Shown piece after piece: positions 57,717 through 64,000 of a stretch of DNA of 64,000 bases. The stretch is taken from IMG/VR virus record IMGVR_UViG_3300023296_000994; one strand, written 5' to 3'. The notes beneath the pieces were generated by a model. That model saw only the letters and a list, made by a program, of their open reading frames with translations. It made no database searches and was not told where the DNA came from. Origin of the DNA: a virus. Every line of letters begins with the position of its first letter. The stretch's first letter is position 1. The translations under genes and the position numbers were made by a program.

Positions 57717-58554
57717 TATTCAGTTCCCTTAGTAATTCATACGAACACATTACAGATAAGATGTGCTTATCCCTAACAACGTCATCGTCTTTAATATTGT
57801 TAAATTGGTTTTTGACTTCAGATAATTTTATTTTTAATATATTATCGTCAACTTTATTTATATAATAATTTAGCTTTTTATTTACGTCATTGACGCAGCT
57901 ATTAATATATGTTTTAAGCTTAGTAGTATTGGTTACATTATTAATGTATTCTCTTAAAATCGACTTTTGATTTTCATCTAAATCACCATACTTATCATTA
58001 AACTTACTTACAAGTATTTTGTATGTTAGGGCCCGTAGGTCTTTATCCTGCTTATTATATTCTTCTATTACAGCATCTTGTACATTATCACTTGCAGGTT
58101 GGGTACCTGTTATGGTTTCTACTAACGAATATCGAACGTTTATTTTATCCACAGGCGATGAAAACGTATTTTCGAACAGACGGTATGTAGATGCATTTAC
58201 TTTGTAATTAGGTATTTTGGTTTTAAAAAATACAATTTCATCAAAGCTATTTCGTATTTCTTTAATTAAATTGTATTTTTGGCGTCGTAACGTACTTTTG
58301 TTTAATTTACCATATTGTTCCAATACCGCATCGATAAACCGATTGGCTTTTTCTTCTGTATTGAAAGTAGCTTTCTGTAGTGCTTGGTACAATAAGAGTT
58401 CTTTTCTGAGTATATTATCAGATTTAAAGAATTCTCTAACTATACGTATGGCCGGAGAATTATCTACGTTATCAAGTGTGTCATTGGTAATTTGTCTTAC
58501 CAATAACTCAAATAAAATACCAGTATTTTTGTATTTTTTATGCTTTGTATTCAT
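57703..58554 (-). CDS. Conserved head-region protein
   Basis: KHKKYKNTGILFELLVRQI, KYNLIKEI, FNDKYG.L...QK.IL..YI; downstream of portal. Confidence 0.65.
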   Translation of the reverse strand: MNTKHKKYKNTGILFELLVRQITNDTLDNVDNSPAIRIVREFFKSDNILRKELLLYQALQKATFNTEEKANRFIDAVLEQYGKLNKSTLRRQKYNLIKEIRNSFDEIVFFKTKIPNYKVNASTYRLFENTFSSPVDKINVRYSLVETITGTQPASDNVQDAVIEEYNKQDKDLRALTYKILVSKFNDKYGDLDENQKSILREYINNVTNTTKLKTYINSCVNDVNKKLNYYINKVDDNILKIKLSEVKNQFNNIKDDDVVRDKHILSVMCSYELLRELNNEIK

Positions 58555-58597
58555 GAAGGTCTACCTTATGTAAGTATACTCTGATATAAATATAGTG

Positions 58598-60370
58598 TTA
58601 TACTTTTTCCAGTATATTGTCTTCGTTTAACATTCCACCTATTTTCTTGTCATCTGATTTTTTATTAAACAATGATTTTGCTATATATCGTTTTTCAGCT
58701 TCACTTATAGAGCGGTCTTTGTTTTTTGCATCCCTTGCCCGTGTTTCATCACCCACTGGGTCTCTGCCACGCGCAGAATCTTGAGTGCCAAACTTAGGGC
58801 CTTCTTTTGGTCTACCACCGAAATCAGTATCATCATTAGGTGTATCGGTTGGGACCGGTGTGGCTGATGTGTCATCTTTAGAAGGATCCATGCCTTCATT
58901 TTCAATTGAAGTTAGTATAAACTTACGTTTTGTATCTTCAACTACATTGGCCTTTTCTTTGGTAATATCATCATCTGATAATTTCCATATATTTTCATAT
59001 ATCCATTTTTCAGACAATAGTTTATTATCACGGAGCGATTGTGCCAAATCAGTTTTTTGTGACCACAATTCAATCATTTCTTGTTCGTGAATTGTAGATG
59101 AGTTTGTCAAATTCAATTCAAAGTCAACCAAATCAGCATCTTTGTATCCCTGAGAATACAAATGTACTATAGCAACTTTGGTTAATTCACTTACCATAAT
59201 TCGTTGAATACGCTCGATGGTTCTTGCAAATCGAACATCCATTGCAGCTAAAGTTGCTTTACCGTCAACACCTTCCTCATATCCAATAAATGCCTTTGGT
59301 ATTTTAAGAGCCGCAAACATTTTTTCTTTTAGATAATTTATGTCATCAATACCACTCCATTCCATTCCAGGAAGAGTATCTATTTCGGTACCTGTTTGAC
59401 CGCCACGTACTGGAAGATAATAGTCTTCCATCATATTTGATAAATTAAACTTAAGGTCGTATTGGCCTGTATTTTTATCTATGTATGGGGCTTTCTTTGT
59501 TTGATTAATAATATTTTGCATGTGGGTATCCACTTCATTAGGAGGGATATTACCAATGTCAATTTTAAATATTCGCTTTTCGGGAGCTCTCATAATTCTA
59601 TGAATCATCATTGAATCTTCCATCAATGTGAGCTGCTTCCATATTTTTCTGGCCGGTTCTACCATAGATTTACCATATGGTAAAAAATTGGCGTCTGATA
59701 GTAATCTAAAATGTGCTACTTCATAGTTTTCAAATCTACGTTGTGACTGTACAAGTGACCTACCCATACCGCCGCCGGCTTGGCCGCCAATAGTTGGGTC
59801 TTGTGTAAACCTAACATATTCAGGGTTATTTGGATCTAAGTCTTCTTCCCTAAGCATTTCATATGTTGAAATTGGAATTACATTAATAATACCAAGTTCT
59901 TCTACTATTTCTAATTTCAAATAAAAATCACCATACTTACACATGTTTCTACACCAGGGATATAGATTGAATTCAATATTCATTATATTATAAAATAGAT
60001 TATTTAACGTTTCTTCTATTTTACTATTCGAACTTTTTATAGTTAGAATATCACCAAATTCATCTCTAAGTGTAGATTCTTCTGAATATATGTCAAGAGC
60101 CGATGATATGATAGGATCTTGATCCATAGTTTCATAGTCACTAAACAAAATTAATCGTTGTGTATGATAATTAGATTTTTGATTATATCCAAGAGCCTGC
60201 GAACTTTGATGTAATCGATTATATCTGTCAACTAATCTATTGGTGGCTAGCTTATCGGTAGCCTGGACTTTATTAATATCAACTACCTGGAGACCCTCTT
60301 TTCCTTTCACCACCAGAGTTGATGTTGAAAACATTGTTTCGAGCCTACCAAAAAAAGTTTTATCTACCAT
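58598..60370 (-). CDS. Portal protein (T4 gp20-like)
   Basis: YE.MD.DP.ISSALDIY, KYGDFY, PYGKSM.E.AR, RIMRAPEKRIF.IDIG, EDYYLP.RG, ALKIPK, DVRFARTIERIQ. Confidence 0.95.
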   Translation of the reverse strand: MVDKTFFGRLETMFSTSTLVVKGKEGLQVVDINKVQATDKLATNRLVDRYNRLHQSSQALGYNQKSNYHTQRLILFSDYETMDQDPIISSALDIYSEESTLRDEFGDILTIKSSNSKIEETLNNLFYNIMNIEFNLYPWCRNMCKYGDFYLKLEIVEELGIINVIPISTYEMLREEDLDPNNPEYVRFTQDPTIGGQAGGGMGRSLVQSQRRFENYEVAHFRLLSDANFLPYGKSMVEPARKIWKQLTLMEDSMMIHRIMRAPEKRIFKIDIGNIPPNEVDTHMQNIINQTKKAPYIDKNTGQYDLKFNLSNMMEDYYLPVRGGQTGTEIDTLPGMEWSGIDDINYLKEKMFAALKIPKAFIGYEEGVDGKATLAAMDVRFARTIERIQRIMVSELTKVAIVHLYSQGYKDADLVDFELNLTNSSTIHEQEMIELWSQKTDLAQSLRDNKLLSEKWIYENIWKLSDDDITKEKANVVEDTKRKFILTSIENEGMDPSKDDTSATPVPTDTPNDDTDFGGRPKEGPKFGTQDSARGRDPVGDETRARDAKNKDRSISEAEKRYIAKSLFNKKSDDKKIGGMLNEDNILEKV

Positions 60371-60385
60371 GTTTTTATTTTTATT

Positions 60386-62407
60386 TTATAATAGCCACTT
60401 CAAGCTTTCTTCGTTTCCGTTCACATTCATATTCAATGAATTATGAGCATTTGCATTGTTGCCGGTGTAAACGCCCGATGGGCCACCTACTTTCTGAAAT
60501 AATCTAAGTGAATTTTTATTGAGTTCTATGCCGTCATTACGAAGTTTAAGTGCATAGTCTCTGATATATAATCCTATTGACCATGCCATTGTTAGGTCAT
60601 CATTATACCCACGTTGAGCTTCACATCTTGATCCTTTCCAAATAAACATGTACCATTCATCAACTAATCGTTGAGATTTGATAATACATGATTTTTCTCT
60701 ACTATACATATCAAGTTTTGATATCAAAAGCGGGCGGGTTTTGCCGGACGTTGTAAATCCTGGCGTCATTTGCGCCTTATCTTTTATATCATATCCTTTT
60801 TCCAATTGTACCGCGGCGTCCGTAACTCCTTCGTGTCTGTACGTGTAATATAAATTATTATATTCTCTGTCGATTGCAGGTTGTATCGCTGCCCAACCAA
60901 TATTTGCATTTTCAATAACCAAAAGCGCATTATTGTATTCGGTGGCCACGTTGACCATCATATTACCGAATTCTTTTGTTCCAATTAGCCCCTTATATTC
61001 AGCTACCTGCTCACACGCTTCAACATCTACTACGTGAAACGCAGAATAATCTGATGCGTCACCCCTTGCAACGTCAGCTACCAACATATAATCGCGTGAG
61101 TAATCGGGGTCTTTCCATACCCACAATTCACCGCCAGGACCTCTTTTTTCTTTTGGTTCGGAAACTTGGTTATCTTCATACCACTTTATTAATTCACCAC
61201 GTATAAGTGTGTTACCAGATGAAATAAAATCACAATTATGAGAAACCACACCATCCACATTAAAGATATTACCATTATCTACTTCAACTATATCATATAA
61301 TTCAATGGATTTATGTATCAATTGTATGTTTACTACGGTTACATATTGTGTATCCGGTACATCGGAATCAATTAGAGATCCTACTTCCAATTTATTTGCT
61401 AATATTTCCGCGCCATTATACATAAATGGATGCGTAGTAGAACATTTTAAAACGATATTATTGGATAATGATATAACGTAATGAGAAGCTTTTTCTAATT
61501 TACGGATACCAGTAAATGGCTGATATCCACTTGGCGTTGATATTTCATACTGTAAGTTCTGTTTAAATATCATATTTGTATTATAAAGTTCCGATAATGT
61601 AATATAAAATTCTTCTTTGGTTTTAGAATCACGTACTTTAATTCGGCTTTCGCCCCACAAACAATCGCATTCTTGAGCTGCCGCTCTTTCACCTAATAAT
61701 TCGTCTTGTTCGTCTCTCCAAGATTGGTCTCTATCTGGGTGTACTGACCAATGGAGTCTAAGTGAATTAAACTGGGCTTTGGTTGAACCCTCTTCTGAGA
61801 ACTTCCATTGCTTATGAAACCAATTACCAGTACCGTTTGGTGTTGATAATGCAATACACCTACCACCAGTAGCCAATGTTTGTTGCGCTGCAATCCAAAT
61901 ATCATCGATATAATCAATGAACGCTGCTTCATCAAAAATAAGAAGCGAAAGCGCTTCCGATCTTCCTGATTGCGGAGTCGATGAAATGGCTTTTATTTGA
62001 GACCCGTTTTTGAATCTAAGCGACAATTTATTATCTGTATCCGTTTGTTCTTTTAACCAAGATGGTAAATAGTCATACATGACACGAACTTTAGTAACCA
62101 TGTTTTTTGCTACATCCCTTGATGTAGCAATTACAAGTACGTTAAAGTCTTCTTTGAATGTCATTTGGTGTAATGCGTATCCAGCAACAAGCGTAGATAT
62201 ACCAAGCTGCCTAGACTTTAATATAATTTCATATCTATGAGATTGAATATCATCTAATGCTTTTTCTTGAAATGGATAAAGATTAAACAGCATTTTGCCC
62301 TGTGTTGGGTGCTGAATATGACAATACTTACGCATAAAGTATATTGGATCAGCTGCACACTTTTTGTACTCCGATGCTATAAGCTGTTTTAAATTAGGAT
62401 TGCTCAT
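60386..62407 (-). CDS. Terminase large subunit (T4 gp17-like) containing a mini-intein
   Basis: KSRQLG.ST, LIFDEAAF, LSTPNG, ADVARG..SDYSA, VIENAN.G, YNDDL. Confidence 0.95.
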   Translation of the reverse strand: MSNPNLKQLIASEYKKCAADPIYFMRKYCHIQHPTQGKMLFNLYPFQEKALDDIQSHRYEIILKSRQLGISTLVAGYALHQMTFKEDFNVLVIATSRDVAKNMVTKVRVMYDYLPSWLKEQTDTDNKLSLRFKNGSQIKAISSTPQSGRSEALSLLIFDEAAFIDYIDDIWIAAQQTLATGGRCIALSTPNGTGNWFHKQWKFSEEGSTKAQFNSLRLHWSVHPDRDQSWRDEQDELLGERAAAQECDCLWGESRIKVRDSKTKEEFYITLSELYNTNMIFKQNLQYEISTPSGYQPFTGIRKLEKASHYVISLSNNIVLKCSTTHPFMYNGAEILANKLEVGSLIDSDVPDTQYVTVVNIQLIHKSIELYDIVEVDNGNIFNVDGVVSHNCDFISSGNTLIRGELIKWYEDNQVSEPKEKRGPGGELWVWKDPDYSRDYMLVADVARGDASDYSAFHVVDVEACEQVAEYKGLIGTKEFGNMMVNVATEYNNALLVIENANIGWAAIQPAIDREYNNLYYTYRHEGVTDAAVQLEKGYDIKDKAQMTPGFTTSGKTRPLLISKLDMYSREKSCIIKSQRLVDEWYMFIWKGSRCEAQRGYNDDLTMAWSIGLYIRDYALKLRNDGIELNKNSLRLFQKVGGPSGVYTGNNANAHNSLNMNVNGNEESLKWLL
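61235..61663 (-). mobile_element. Mini-intein (143 aa, no endonuclease) in terminase
   Basis: QECD|CLWGES...CSTTHPF...YDIVEV...VVSHN|CDF: Cys1, TxxH-type block B, His-Asn, Cys+1. Confidence 0.93.
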
Positions 62408-62415
62408 ATTTCTAT

Positions 62416-62928
62416 TTATTCAGCTGCTTCAGCTGCTCTGGCTGCTCTACGTCTACGTCTACGTGTTGGCTTTTTATTAAAATCTTCGTCTGTTAGTTCC
62501 ATTTCCATATCTATTTTATCATACACAGACACGTTATTATTCACAGCGTGTGATTTTTCATAGGTTCTACCTGCAAAATATGCACCGTAGACTGTTAACA
62601 ATAACGTTTGATATATTGGCTTATAAGCATCATCCAACGTAAATTGACCTACATTGCCGTCAAAAAACGTAATGAATACAAATACAACCGTTAAGAAAAT
62701 CAATGCAACGGGCCGTATGTTTTTTGATAGTTTGTTATCGGATGTCATATCGGCTTCCCAACGAGCAGTTACGTTGTTGGCAGCTTGTGCCTCCGCATTC
62801 AATACCATCTTCTTAAATTCTGATTTGACTTGTAGTTTTTCTTCTTTAGTAGTAACTACATCGTCTATAATACCACCAACCTTTTCAATTAATTCTGAAC
62901 CAGCTGAGGTTAAAAGTCCTCCTAACAT
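62416..62928 (-). CDS. Holin (GTA 3TM-holin-like)
   Basis: IIDDVVTTKEEKL, RWEADM.SD..LSKNIRP, TM segments, YFAGR.YEK; Arg-rich tail. Confidence 0.7.
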   Translation of the reverse strand: MLGGLLTSAGSELIEKVGGIIDDVVTTKEEKLQVKSEFKKMVLNAEAQAANNVTARWEADMTSDNKLSKNIRPVALIFLTVVFVFITFFDGNVGQFTLDDAYKPIYQTLLLTVYGAYFAGRTYEKSHAVNNNVSVYDKIDMEMELTDEDFNKKPTRRRRRRAARAAEAAE

Positions 62929-63025
62929 ATCATATCTCCTATTTATTATTGTTTCGTTTGAATGAATAATTCAATGATTACACTTATTATAACCATTACA
63001 AATATCCATCCAAGTGCATTCATTA

Positions 63026-63382
63026 TTAAAACAAATCGTTTGCTATTTTAATAATCATACCTACTATAGCTGCATAAGCTACCCATAGTGCTTTTTGAAC
63101 ACTACCTTTCCATTCCGTTACATGGCCCATTTTACTTGTCAGTGTATCAACGGCTTTAAGCTTTTGTACGGTCGTTTCTATGTTCGATGTATTTTCATTC
63201 ACCTTTACAATTATACCATCATCAGGATTTAGTAATCGCGTTTCTATCCGCTTTACATCAGATGAAAGAGAGGATAACGAGCGTTGAATGGTTGGGAAGT
63301 CATTTGCTTCCCATTCTCCATTTTCTTTTCTATTATTTATATCGTCATATAACGATTGAATCATTTCTTTTTGTGTAGGCAT
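63026..63382 (-). CDS. Coiled-coil protein with C-terminal TM helix
   Basis: LLNPDDGIIVKVN; hydrophobic C-terminus; next to holin. Confidence 0.55.
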   Translation of the reverse strand: MPTQKEMIQSLYDDINNRKENGEWEANDFPTIQRSLSSLSSDVKRIETRLLNPDDGIIVKVNENTSNIETTVQKLKAVDTLTSKMGHVTEWKGSVQKALWVAYAAIVGMIIKIANDLF

Positions 63383-63933
63383 TATTCAGTTTCCATGTTT
63401 TTTAGTTTATCTTCAAAGTCCGTTAAATTTGACTGCTTGTTGGCCCATTTTTCAACGTGCCCTGCTTCGGAAATATATGACTTTGCTGACGTATCCAACC
63501 ATTCGGAATACTCATCTTTAATTTCTGATAACCAAAAATCAAGGTTATCTTTTCTAGTTTGATTTACATATTCATCCCACTTGCCGTCAATCTTAAGTTT
63601 AGTATGAAATTTGGATACACAACTACCACACATCTGTAGTACATTCCAATAATACTTAGAAATCTGATCATTCATGGAGCCGGTACACTTAGGACATGAT
63701 ACTGGTCTTTGAATAATACTTCTGGCTTTACTTAATTTAGTAACTGTTTTCTTTATACCATTTTTAATAGTCCACTGCTTTCCTGCCTCGTCCCATACAT
63801 CACCTTCAATTCTTGGTGTGTTCTGCCTAATGGCATTATACCCCGTTTGGATTTTAGTTTTGGTTGTATATTTCCCCATAACGATATTTCTCATACGTTC
63901 TGCTTTGTGGGATGGAACTCCTTTAATTGCCAT
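63382..63933 (-). CDS. Hypothetical Zn-finger protein
   Basis: EGDVW.E.GKQWTIKNGIK, CPKC...CGSC. Confidence 0.6.
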   Translation of the reverse strand: MAIKGVPSHKAERMRNIVMGKYTTKTKIQTGYNAIRQNTPRIEGDVWDEAGKQWTIKNGIKKTVTKLSKARSIIQRPVSCPKCTGSMNDQISKYYWNVLQMCGSCVSKFHTKLKIDGKWDEYVNQTRKDNLDFWLSEIKDEYSEWLDTSAKSYISEAGHVEKWANKQSNLTDFEDKLKNMETE

Positions 63934-64000
63934 AATTTTAAACTTTTGGTTTACCGAATACGGTTTCTTTTATTTTTTTACCACCGGTTAATATACGAAT

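Noticed and set aside
295-63562. Numerous plus-strand ORFs in the six-frame track
   Set aside because: All are antisense shadows of well-supported minus-strand genes, with no recognisable motifs or upstream signals.
63938-64000. 3' end of an upstream minus-strand gene (...IRILTGGKKIKETVFGKPKV*)
   Set aside because: Only about 20 codons are visible, too little to assign.

Overview
This window is a segment of a large T4-like myophage genome; essentially every real gene is on the minus strand. Its host is probably from the Bacteroidota/FCB group, inferred from a TTTGG-N19-TATATT promoter motif and a bS21 gene beside the capsid genes. In transcription order (right to left) it holds: holin, terminase large subunit with a mini-intein, portal, prohead protease, bS21, scaffold, major capsid and neck genes; an accessory virion region (LamG, glycoside hydrolase, esterase and fibre-like proteins, with signs of cassette capture); tail sheath, tube, chaperone, tape measure and baseplate genes; a minimal family-A polymerase; SSB, UvsX/RecA, 5'-3' exonuclease, helicase and class II RNR; a DNA-modification cluster (three Mom-like GNATs plus a glycosyltransferase); a fractured family-B polymerase; clamp, DUF4338-like protein, dUTPase, clamp loader, GroES and the start of GroEL. 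The most unusual locus is the PolB gene. It is split by a free-standing endonuclease gene, and the two halves end and begin with intein-like segments lacking all splicing residues. The catalytic YVDT-DS motif in the second half is broken by an in-frame UAA between two matched ACU codons, directly behind a 12-bp hairpin. This looks like a translational hop, unless it is an assembly error. All assignments come from motif recognition by eye; no searches were run.
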